DNA of 62,906 nucleotides, the filler included, from Platydemus manokwari (lineage: Eukaryota), in assembly GCA_037951405.1 (NCBI GenBank). It is 6 parts of 6 records of this genome, joined end to end, with 100 filler letters (N's around TTAATTAATTAA, not from the genome) between each part and the next. Parts side by side here need not be neighbours in the genome. Positions count along the whole stretch, not along the records: positions 1 to 9,117 come from JBBMOY011297206.1; positions 9,218 to 23,233 come from JBBMOY011551411.1; 4 more parts are not named here. One strand, written 5' to 3'. Every line of letters begins with the position of its first letter. The stretch's first letter is position 1. Both the position numbers and the translations under genes were made by a program. The notes beneath the pieces were generated by a model. It did not search any database and was not told where the DNA came from. It saw only the letters and a program-made list of their open reading frames with translations. Below are positions 1 through 12,353 of the stretch, in pieces.

Positions 1-3000
1 TTTTTCATTGTAATTTTTATGTAATTATAATTATTCATAAAGTGTATAAAATGTAAAGAATCAAAATGTGAATATAAATGATTTGAAATTCACAATAATG
101 AATAAATAAATAAATTATTTAATGTCATACTGTCGTGATATCATAAGATTGTGATTTTCTTTCATTATATTTTCTTGAGAATTTCTCTGTTATCAAACTA
201 AATAATCACTCCAAATTGCCATTTAATTTATAAAACCATAATAGTATAGCAAAATAATATCAAAATATTGATCAGGGAATCTGTTATTATTGATGATGTG
301 ACAGCGATTTCTAAATGGAAAATAAAAGATCATAAGATCGGGTTGTAAGTTGTTTGATCACACGATTTGTATACGAATGAGATCAGTTAAACGATGATCG
401 TTCTTTGATGTGATTCAAAATCTCTGAATTTTTTTCCCATATCTTTCCTCGCTAAAATCTTACTAATTTTAAAATAACGTCGATATTTCATCCTAAAATA
501 GTCAAAATTAGTTTTTCGAAATTAACTCAATTTCATTGGATAATATTGGAAAAATTCTTTTGAAGAATTTAAACAAAATTTGAAAATGTGATTATGTAAT
601 TCATTGATTTTAGAACTTTTATTGATATAAAATGATATGATCTTGTAATTAAATATGTTGTGAATTGATCACATTTATTATTCGAACTAAAAAAAATTCA
701 AAAGGGTATCGATTACATAATCTGGGAGCAATATTTTCGAAACCCGAGGAATCTTTATTTAGCGTTACATTTTATTAAGAATACATACAGTTTTTATTTC
801 AATAATTTGGAAAAAAATCAACTAGATTGCTAATTTACCCGAAAAAAGTTAAAAGAAGAATTAAAATGAAATAGCTTTTTGAGAGTTTTACTGACATAAA
901 TCAAGTAGGACGACAACAGATGCCAATGAGGTCGTCATAAGTAACACCGAACTTATTAGGATTAGCTATTGGTTTGAATTAATAGATGAAAAAACTATCA
1001 AATAATGAATTCGATATCCTATCCGATACTGCTTGACAGAATGAAACTGATTTACATATGAACTGCCTCAAGGAAAACCCACATAACTTACAATACGGTA
1101 ATCATCATCAGAAATTGGATACAAAACCAGAACAAAATCGAAATCGATTAATTCTTAACCTTAAATTTGTCTAATAAGAAAATATCAATGAAGATACGTT
1201 CTATCAAAATAGCTCAAAAACTTCATTATAAATTGTGGTTATCTTTTAAACCCGAAGCATGTACAAATAATTATGGGTCTTAAAAATTTTCGCAGATAAA
1301 TATCAATGTGTGGGGAACCATTCGGGCCATTTCGGGTTAACTGAATAATTAAATAATTATAAATATTAGATGAAAATCTTTATGAAAAAACAACAATCGA
1401 TAAAATTGCAATTTTTACAAAAGCACAATATAGAATACAATTTACAAAAACAAAACTCAGCAAATAAATTAAAAATTGCAAAATTAGAAATAAGTAACTG
1501 CAGTTGTGTAAATACATTAAAATAATCAAGTTGTTTAACTGACTTCAAGGTCATGAAAAAATCTCATTGCTAAGTATTTTCAATAACTAGGACAGTCCTA
1601 AAATTTAGTGTAATTATCAACTAAAATTATGAGTTGTTACTAAATTTAGAACTAACGAGTAAACGTTGCTAAAAATAGGAAAAAATGTAAGAAATATGTT
1701 GAATCACTCATACAGAGCACACAAAACACTGAAAGCCCATGCAAACAATCAGTTGACGCACAATTTCTGACGAGCAAAATCAATTACAAATTTTTCAAGC
1801 TTATTTTATTGCAAAAATTAATTCTGTACAATTATTTCCAGATCATTTTATTACGAAGATATATTTTTGATACTCAGTTTCAGCTTATTTAAATTATTAT
1901 TTTCCGGGCATCTAAGTGGCATCCTCTTTACTGTTTCCTCGAGTGTCCTTACCTTATAACAATAGTATTGTGAATTAATTTTGTCTTCTAAATAATCAAA
2001 TATATTTTGTTGTTATTTAATTTGATATTTTATTATTTATATTTTATATATTGATTATTATTACACCGAGTGGTTAATTGCGCCAACAATTAAGTTAAAT
2101 ATTATTATATAGTAGTAATTCAAACCAAAATTCCTCTGATATAAACGTTAGTCAATATATTTTTACAAATTGTGCACTTGTAATTCGAACTTAAACCTAA
2201 TCTATAAATTACTATCGAAAATCTTTAACAAATGTTATGCTCTAGCTTTAACAAACAAAATCTCTATATTCCTCCAAGCTTTCTCAGAGTATATATCACA
2301 ATATTTTAGATTTTACTTTTATTGCTATAAATAAAAATTAACAATCTGGACGAAATCAAACCGCTGAAGAATCAACGTAGACCTGAAAATGAGAGATATG
2401 AAAAGAATGTTGAAGGTAGAAACCGCATTTCTTTGAATATAAATTCTAAAATATTATTTGCAATGTATAATCTACTTAATGCGGTTGTTGTTTTACTAGG
2501 AAGTTAATTCCTCTTGAATACATCAAACTACTGTCCCTTATAAGGCAACTTTATCCCAATCTTTTTCAGTAATCTCTTTAACTCACCCTTAACTGATTAA
2601 CGATGCTTATCGAAGCCGTTGCAATGGTCTTTACAATGCATTTACAATTGAAGCTCGTCAATGAAGAGAGGCTGTGGATTTGCCTTGAAAATTGAATGAG
2701 TTGAATGCAAAAATCCCAGTATCTACTCTACGAATTACAGAGCAAAATACGAGACAATCAATGTTTTCTAAAGATCTGATTTAAAACAAAAATTGTAATA
2801 TTCAAGACAGTCTTAATTCGAGTTTCAACAAAATTTTTAAAAATTCCTAACTAATATATTTCGATTAGATATTAAATCTAAATTTATTTCCTTGCTTATT
2901 GTCAAATTCATTTAGATTCTATCAGGCCATCAGTGAATTTACATATAGTTAATATTATAGAGTTATCGCATCCTATAATTTGAAAATCTGTACTTGGTAA

Positions 3001-6000
3001 ATAATTATTATGAAGCTATAGATAAAAATAGATATATTAAATAATGAAAGATAAATAAAATAGAATGTCATTGTTTGAATAACACGACTCTAATTTGCTG
3101 ATATAGTTCACCGTTTTGAATTTTCAGTTTTGGTATTCGGACTAACAAATGCATTTGAATATAAGATTGATTTAATAGGCCAACAAAATATGTCATTTAT
3201 TATTTAAAGGTTATTTAAAGAATTCTAAACTTATAATAAATTAAAAAGACATTCTAATTAATAATAGAATGAGGACAAACAAAGAAAGTATTGAAATATT
3301 ATGGAAATATTTCTAAGTCGACTTTTTTGTGTTTTCATTGGTTTTCCTTCAGCTACTATCATAGATTATATTGATGAGGATTCCGAAGTTTTAATAAATA
3401 AAAGAATATTTTAAAAAGTATTTTAAAATTAATTTATATGTTTTAATAATGTGATAAAATATATTTTTAGGGTGGAACTTTTTAAATAAGAATTAGGAAT
3501 GACTTATCACGCATTTGGACTAGTTTCTGAAAAAGTCAATATCAGAATAGTATAAAATAGTAGTGTGTTAGTAAGCGTGTATCAAATATGAGAAAGTTGC
3601 AGAATTCGCTCTTACTCCAAGAGTATTAGATTGTAACGAGTGGTTAAGTTTTTTCTAAAATAAGTACTGAATAGAGAACATAGACAATACAAATATAGAT
3701 AGATATAAAGTAATTCAATATTATAAAGTAATGGTGGAATTTAAAAAAAGAAATGCGAATGAATATCAAAGATTTTAAAGAAAAGTAAAAGATTTTAAAG
3801 TTTTAATAAATTACTTTTAATAAAGACGAAATCATTCCTTTGAATTTAGTGGTTAAGATTTACTTTTTTGGTTGACTATCGTTTTCAATTGGTATTATAT
3901 TTTTTTGAAAAGTCATAGTTCTATAATTTTTATGAATTCTCTTCTTGTCACACAGATAGGCTTAAAAAGACAGCAAAAGTTCAGTTAAAACGAATTCACC
4001 TTTTCTTTTAAAAATTGATTTCAACTTCTCACGACAAACAATACGAGATGAGATTAAGATATCATGCATTCAATCATGAGAAGCGTACGAATTCGGCATC
4101 AAAGATGGAAAAAAACCGAAGAAATCAATGCGTTCGATTTGTGATAATCATCAAAATGATGAAAATTTTGTATTTTAGATGTCAAATAGTTATTTAACAT
4201 GATGCATAAAGTTATACTGGAAGATTTCTCAGTGAGAGGTTATATCTCTTGTTTGATAACCTAATTATTTCTTATCCGATAATATAAGTATGTTGACATC
4301 AATCTCACGAGAACATGCCACCAGAAACCTAATCCTAGTTCTGGCGGTCGTTCTCCGACAATTCATGTACTCGGCATTATGGTTTTGTTGGATTACAAAT
4401 CAAACCAATACAGAAATAGAGACTCACTACCTTGTAACATATAATTTATTTTCGATTTAAAACCTACAAAATCACTGGGGATGTTAAGAGATAAACAGAT
4501 CACATCTCTATGTATATTTCTTTACTGTAGAAATAATTAGAAAATTTCCAACAATAATAAAATGAAACGAATCAGAAGCTTATAATTTTATTACAATTAC
4601 TTTATTCATTTTCAGAATTACTATCGAAACATGCATTGGTCTCAGCTGGAAGAGTTTGTGAAAGCAATCGTATCATATGGTTTCGTAGATATTTTGTATT
4701 ACGGAATTTAATTACGGGAATTATACTATGATCGATATTATATTTGATGTTTCTTTAAGGTGGTTCTCATATTCTTTGGTATGAAAGAAAATAAATATTC
4801 CTGAACAAAATATTGATTTACAAGGAATCCTTTTAATAAGCTAATTTTATATTTTCAACCAATGACCGATAAAGTACATTCTTCCTCAGGGATTCTTGAA
4901 GGAAACGAATATTATTAGGATTACTATTGATCTGTGGGATAATATTGGTATAGTTCTTTTTAATTATCTTTACATGAGACAAAGAAATCGATGTGAATAG
5001 TTGTGAACCATATTGGCATGTAACCACATATCAGGTATCAGATTTCTTCACAATTTTTAAATTATTTTACATCAAAATATTAAGATATGTCATAATAAAA
5101 CAAACAGATACAACATAACGTTATTCAGGTTTATTTTATGTCGGAGTCATTTCGATATTGTATGTGGCTCCGGGTTTTGTGGAAATATTCTAGCCAAATT
5201 TAGTTAATTCCTTGAGAGAGATTATAAAATTTTTATTTGGAATAAATTTAAAGCAGAATTACAAAATAGATTCATCCTACTTAGGGGTGTCAAATTTTTC
5301 TTTCGATACGAATTGAACAAGAACTTTAAAAAGTCAACCCACAGATATATTTTATCACAGCATTCAAACTGAATATTTATTTATTTAAAGCGAATTTCAG
5401 TAATTTTAAAATTTTCACATTTAACCCCAATAATAATATCAAAGGTCAAATATAATTATAAAATTACCAAAATGGCATTGTACGTGAATATTAAGAGAAA
5501 CAACAAAATTCTCAGAAATCAATACAAAAAACCCATTAATAATTATAGGAAAGTTTAAAACATCGCAATCCTGTCTTTTTTAATCGGCATTTCGTAATCC
5601 GATATAAAAAAGTATCCTCTTTCGATTTCGACAAATTGATCGCTGCCACGACTTTACCGGACTGCTATTAAAGGAATTTTGATTGAAGGAAATCGAAGCG
5701 TTTCGCTAAAAATAGAAAACGTCTGTCGACTAAAACAAAAGAGGAAGTTAAAGTAAAATCAAAGATTGTTGTCAATGAATTATGAATTTAAATAATTCGT
5801 AGCAAACGAAAATCGACGAGACAGAAAAAAAGTCGAAATGCTCATTTAGAAAATTAGTAATTTCAGTGATTTCCATGAGGAGTTCGTATTGAGCATTGGG
5901 CTTGCTTAAATACTTTGTTATCGTGTTGATGTTGTTGATTTCAGTGCCAAATCACGAAAAACTATTCCAATAAATATTTTATTCGCTCATGATCATTGGA

Positions 6001-9000
6001 AATACTGAACGACGACTTAAGTTTTAGACAAATAAAACGAAATTAGAAGCTGGGAAAATATAAATTGATTATTAACTAATATTTCTATCGTTGTGAGATC
6101 CAATAATCAAGCTTGAGTAGATTATGCATAATGCATTGGATAAGCTTTCTCCGATCAGTGGGGTAAACTAATTTTTCATACTATGTAAATTGCGATAACT
6201 CAATATCAGCTCAGCGCTTTTCTCGATTGGTAAATTTAGGAAAACAAATCATGATTACAAAGCAATATTTCATTAAATAAAAAAAATATTTCTAACAGTG
6301 TCGAAACGGAATATTTTTGAATAGTAGATTATATTAGCTTACAATTTAAACAAATAATAAGCATAATATTGTTGCCACACAATAATGCTTTGTCATTTCT
6401 CATCTGTTTACAGTTGTATTTATATAAACAGCGTATATATAGTACTTGAGACTAGACCCACTATGGCTTATGAGGAGAAAAAGGTAAAAACACTCAAGGT
6501 AACCATGGAAGCCTAAAATATTCGATACACACAGGCACGACGAGGTCAAGTGGTGGTGACCAATCAGATGTCTTGAAATGATCAACCCATATGTAAATTC
6601 CATGGTCAATTGACACATACCATCAACAGATAATGAACATCGATATACGCCAATAACATGGACGAATTAAAATAAAAGCTGCAAGACAACAAGTCAACAC
6701 ACATGACAAGTCTATAAATAGAATTGGATTTAGCAGGCAATTACCAATTTTTTATGGTCGGTAATTTATGATTCTTAAGATATGTGCTTTGACAGTATTA
6801 TTAAATTGGTACCTAATGTTATCGTACTGTTATTTGTGCGAAAGATTATGAATTTGAACATTCGAGCTCAGCCTCTTATATGACAGTACTAAAAGTCTTA
6901 ATAAAATAGAAACAATACCATATAAAAAACTGTTCCAACAATAAAGAATCCACTTATGGTCATGTCTTACTTGTACTTTATCGATACTTTACGTTTGCAA
7001 TAATAATTATCAAAGATAATAAGATAATCAGAATTCCTACTTTATTTCTGTTATTTGTTAACTGGACTATCTCTGCAAATTTGATCTTTCTTTCATGGAC
7101 ATTTTTGATAAAATTATGTGTCTTGATTTTTTATTGTTTTCATATGATTTGAGCAGCATGATGGTCTCAAATAACACCACTGCAACTCTGCATTCTTTTC
7201 AAAAGTAATTACTAGGTCTATTCTACTGTCTAACAATGTAATACAGGTTACCGATGTTTAAGTAATTTTTGGTTTCGTTAGTCATTTTTTCAGACATTGG
7301 ATTTTATTATTTTATTTTCACTGAAAGTATTTTTATTATTTTTCAAAAAATGTTATTGGTAATATTATTATTATCATAATTATTATAACTTCGGTTGGTA
7401 TTAATATGATTATCACTAATTATCATCATCATTATTATTATTATTATGAATATTTATTATTATTAATTACTTTATTATTAAAATAATTGTTGTCATGGAT
7501 ACTCAAATATATGATTTATCAACAATATGTAATTCAAAAGCATTTGGGGGAAAAGTCAATGTATGAAATTATTGGAAACCGAAAGTAAATATTGCTGTAT
7601 AATGTTAATTTATATCCCGAGGTTGAATTTACCACGAATACCTTGCTCAGATATCACATCATTTAAACAGAGTAAGGCAATGTAAATTTCCATTCTTTGA
7701 CCAAATAAAGATTCATATGGCGCTTAATGTAAACAACATATGACGACAACGAGACCGCCAGCGATATCTAGAACATGATCATAACCTTGTTTATCTGACT
7801 GATGCAATCGGCTAGGAAATCTAATTCCAGATGCCCCGAAAAATCCCGTCCGTGTTATTCATAAACTATTGAATTAGTTAGAATGTCGACAACAAACTAT
7901 CGACTATGTTCACGATTATTTCGTGTGCATGTGCATGTGCACGTGTGTGTGTGTGATATTTTCGTTATTCAGTAGTCAATTCAAATATTTTGATTATCCT
8001 GTTTGATATCAATGACAAAATCTATGAATGAAGATCTTATTAAAACAAAGCCCACGTAAGAACTGAAAACAAACTGTTCCAGACTGCCACTGTGAGATTC
8101 AGTTAATTAATCCATAATATAAAATACGACATCAATTTTTTAAACGACGAAACAAAACATTTATTTCAAATGTGTGATTTTGTCGTTTGATTTGACCGAT
8201 GACAAATCACGCCAAAGGCTTCAGTGTTAACAATGATTAGTTTTAATTTTTGGGAAAGCTACAAATGCTTCTTCATATAACTAGCTATAGCTAATGAATT
8301 TGATATGGATGCCAGTTGACGATTTCAGTCACGACATATAATGTTAATAAAAATGAATTCATTGAAACAAATTTACATAATCCATCGGTTTTATCATCAT
8401 AAATTCTAATAACTGATTCCATTTCAATTGTTAGGCCTAGCGTGACTTGTTGAAATGGCCAAGCAGATCTGTTTTAACTTAATCCCAATATTATTCGAAA
8501 CAATTAAATTAAATCGGATATCAATTTCCAATATTTTTATTTTCGTTTTTGTTTTGTTTTAATTCGTGATTTATTTTTTTGTATATTCAAGCAGAGTTTT
8601 GCTGTTCGAATTGGTGGATTTCATATTATTGGATCGATTTGGGATAATGATAAAATTCAAATATTTACAGCATTGTAACCCCATTTCCATGGCAACACTT
8701 CAACAAATTTAAAATATATTTCAACAATATTTGGTTTTCGTATCGAAGTTTAAGCAGTCTTTTTGATTTATTTTTAAACAAATTTCTGGTAAAAATAAAA
8801 TGAAAATAAATAGCCTGCACATATTTGGGGCAATTTCGATTAGAGCGATAATAAGAGTTTTAATTATTTTAATTATTTAATAATACTAATAGTAATAATA
8901 ATAATTAGCATTATAATAATTATTATTAATGATAATAATAATAATGTAAATAACATAATTATTGCATTTATTATTATTAATATTATTAGGTGTATTAGTA

Positions 9001-9117
9001 TGATTCCGGCTTTTTTTTTAAAAAAACAAAAACATTTTTAAAAATATTTATTTAATGAAATTCAATCAAAATATTTTCCATTTGCAGATATGACATTGGC
9101 CCATCTTTTAGGCAACG

Positions 9118-9217
9118 NNNNNNNNNNNNNNNNNNNNNNNNNNNNNNNNNNNNNNNNNNNNTTAATTAATTAANNNNNNNNNNNNNNNNNNNNNNNNNNN
9201 NNNNNNNNNNNNNNNNN
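9118..9217. other. Artificial contig linker (44 N + TTAATTAATTAA + 44 N)
   Basis: Exactly 100 bp, with a palindromic all-frame stop cassette in the middle; identical to four other linkers. Confidence 0.98.
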
Positions 9218-9326
9218 AGAAGGAATATTTGTTTAAATAATATTTAATATGAAAATATATTTTTTTATACTTAGTTATGAGTTGTGAATATAATTTAAAA
9301 AGCGATGAAGTGTTAGCCACTAACAG

Positions 9327-10099
9327 ATCTGAAAGTTATAGCTGAAACGTTTGAAAAAAATTACCAGCCTATTTATTATTTGGTCAATAGAAAAAGTAAG
9401 ATTTTAGAAAACGCTTTTAACAAATGTGATCTGATATCACCGGAAGAAATGAAAAGGTTAGAAAATATTCAAAATGGAAACCAAAATGTCTTCCAAAAGA
9501 AAACACGTATTTCCGACGAGACTAAATTGAAAGCTCTTGAAATGTATCAAAAGGGTATCTCATTGCAAGCGATTGCAGATAATTTTCAAACTTCTTATAC
9601 CAACGTTTGGTATTGGGTAAAACATTAAACTAATTTATTTGAAAAAGTGTCTAAAAATAATGATCAGATCACACTGGAAGAATTGAAAAGATTAGAAAAT
9701 GTTGTTAATGGAAACAGGCTTGACTTACCAACGAAAAGGTACAAAGTCTCCACCGATAATAAATTGAATTTCATTGAAATGGATGGATTAGCTCTCCAAG
9801 CAAAAGCGTCTTTTAAAAGCGTTGTCAAGAATGATTATAATTTCTTAGAAAATGGCATAAAGCACAATGATCAGATATCATTAAAGGATGGATCTGAATG
9901 TTTCGATTTGTCTGTAAATTTTATTAAATATGAAAGTGTATTGTTTGATGAACAGATAACAATAAACGAAAATGAAATGCAAGGATATTTTAATAGAAAA
10001 GAAAATACAAAAAGGAAGATAATGGACGCTGAAAATACAGATGAATTCAAGAAAATACGACTTGAATTTCCTATAAATATTAAATTGGAAGAAAAGTAA
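9327..10099 (+). pseudogene. Tandem-HTH array gene, paralog A (5'-truncated, in-frame TAA)
   Basis: ORFs 9380-9628 and 9647-10099 are in one frame, separated by a single TAA (9626-9628; AGA in paralog B). Reads DLKVIAETFEKNYQPIYYLVNRKSKILEN... then TRISDETKLKALEMYQKGISLQAIADNFQTSYTNVWYW, and ends ...KKIRLEFPINIKLEEK like paralog B. Confidence 0.85.
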
Positions 10100-11810
10100 T
10101 TGCAATGCTCTAATAGAGTATTGATATTTGGTAAATTACTTTAATTGTGTCACTTTAATCGAAATATTTAACTTAATTTGATAAATTTTAACTTATTCAC
10201 TGTGTTATTTAAGTTATTATGAAAGCTTTGATTTGAAAATAGAATGTTATACTTCACCAATGTTATTCGAAAGATTCTTAGTTATAAATACATTATTAAA
10301 TCATTTCAACGAAATTGAAATATAATTTTCATCTCTAAAATAGTTTTAGTATTTGAAAGAAAACATGAAATATTCAACATATATAAATTTACCGTTAAAC
10401 TTTAGAAAGAATGTCTTTTGAATTAATTTCCCAATTATGTAATTTAAATTATATAATTTTTTTAGATTTAATGTAAAATTAATTTTATGTCATCACAAAT
10501 CTGAAAAAACTTTTCACTTTTACCATGTTAATTTTAAATGTTGATTAGGATTAAAAAGAAACAGAAAAATAATAAATATTATAAAATATGTCAAAGTATA
10601 TTTTGTCAGGGGGATTTTCAATTCTTATCCGAATAATTCTACATGATTTTTGATTTTTTATATATAAAAATTTTTATTATAAACTCTTTACTTGTTTAAA
10701 AATCTTGTAATAATAATCGTATTTTAAATCTTTAATAACACAAACATTTACAATACTTTGTTTTTGAAAAATATTTGCAAAAAATTAGAGTATTTTTTAA
10801 TTTTCTACGAATAACAAAAGATATTTGATAAAAATGCATTACAGTTTATCAAATAATTGAGTTCTTATATATTTAATATTTTAAAAATTCCAGATTGAGT
10901 TTATTTTTCGACCACTATAATTCCTAAAACATTTTTTATCTGTTGATAGAACAAAGATTTTAAAATCGAGTATTGTGTTGATATTTATCATTAATTATTT
11001 GAGATAAAAGAATACTAAGATTTATTAAATTGGTTGCACAAAAAACATAGATGACAATAATTTTAAGTGTAAATGATGTTGTTTTAAAATCCTGATTTTT
11101 TTCAATTTCAATATTTTATTATTTTCAATTATGTAATTTTTAACGAATTATCAAAAGAGATTGTTTAAATAAATCAATAATTTAAAACCCTTTTCAAACA
11201 TAGGATTTTAACACTTTAGATGGATTTGCTTTGAAATATTTGATTCAATTTTCGAGCAACTGATTTGATAACAATACTCGGAATAGATTTTGAATTAATT
11301 TCGCGAGCCATGGTAAAAAACTCGATCTTCACTATTTCTTAAATGTATTGTTTCTGTTTAAATCTTGATTAATAAACTGTATTTGTATAACAACAAACGT
11401 CGTTGTATTGATTTGTGTATATTTTCTGAAAATATATAAAAAATCTCAATAAGTTCATCTCCTGTTCTAGTTAACTTTGAATAAAGGTCAGTATTTAAAG
11501 AATATTTAGAAATTTCACGAAATTCTTCGTCAGGCATTATTATTCAAACCATTAAAATAGTATCTCATGTAGATAAGGATGTACTTTGGATGAATTGATA
11601 TGTGACTTCTTTCTGATAGTACTGATATAAGTTATTTAGTTTTTAATGTTCCCTTGAAAAATTTAAGATATCTCGACACAAATTTCCTCTAAGCATCCAA
11701 TCTGTGAGGCCTTCCCGTTTTGTTATCTTGATTCCATACAATTTTGCCAATTCCTTCAAGAATCGTGAAATCCCATGTTGATGAAACGTTCCCGCCATTA
11801 TGAAATCCCA
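10100..11810. repeat. Downstream flank of paralog A, duplicated as 14082-14900 + 16067-16240 + 16831-16977
   Basis: Colinear matches, e.g. GTAATTGCAATG after both stop codons, CATGGTxAAAxACTCGATCTT at ~11308 and ~14881, GAATATTTAGAAATTTCACGAAATTCTTCGTCAGG at ~11500 and ~16073, and CCATACAATTTTGCCAATTCCTTCAAGAATCGTG at ~11734 and ~16905. Confidence 0.9.
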
Positions 11811-12353
11811 TGTGTTATTAAACATAACTGTAATTATCTAACTACATTTATAATTATAAAGAAATAAATTTAAAAACTCAAATAATTATATACGATTGCC
11901 GTGATTAGAATAGGAACTTGGTTTTGAAGCTATTTTGTCACTATTAGATATCTTAAAAAGGATACTTTTATAGAATTAAAGAATAAATCAAACATAGCAA
12001 TTGTATACATGAATTTATTTTATAAAATTGTCTCATGCACGAAATTTCATTATAACAAAAATCCTTTTTCTTGACTTAAGCCGTAAATTCTTATTCTAAA
12101 AGATTTTAAAAATAAATCGTTTGAAAACTTTTACAAAATAATAATATTAATAGTTAAAAATTAAAGGCAGTTTTAAAGACATTGAAGATTTTTTAAAATA
12201 ATATTGTTCTAAATCATTCTGACGTTATTTTATTAATATTTCTCTATTTATATTTAAAAATAATTTAGACCAATAGTATTATAAAGAAAAGAAATTCTTT
12301 TATTTATTGTTTTTTTTTAAATTGATAATTAATCGTATTATAAAAAGCATATC

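Noticed and set aside
1-9117. Possible exons in contig 1 (e.g. 2340-2415, 4617-4730, 8595-8677, and 9089-9117 which resembles a kinase start YDIG.LLGNG only with a frameshift)
   Set aside because: No consistent splice chain or recognisable protein; the last candidate is too short and at a contig edge.
9626-9628. TAA read-through or an alternative genetic code in paralog A
   Set aside because: Paralog B and the host genes end in normal TAA/TAG/TGA stops; a nonsense mutation or base error is simpler.
9881-10105. Minus-strand ORFs 9881-10105 and 13856-14095
   Set aside because: Antisense shadows of the HTH-array gene tails.
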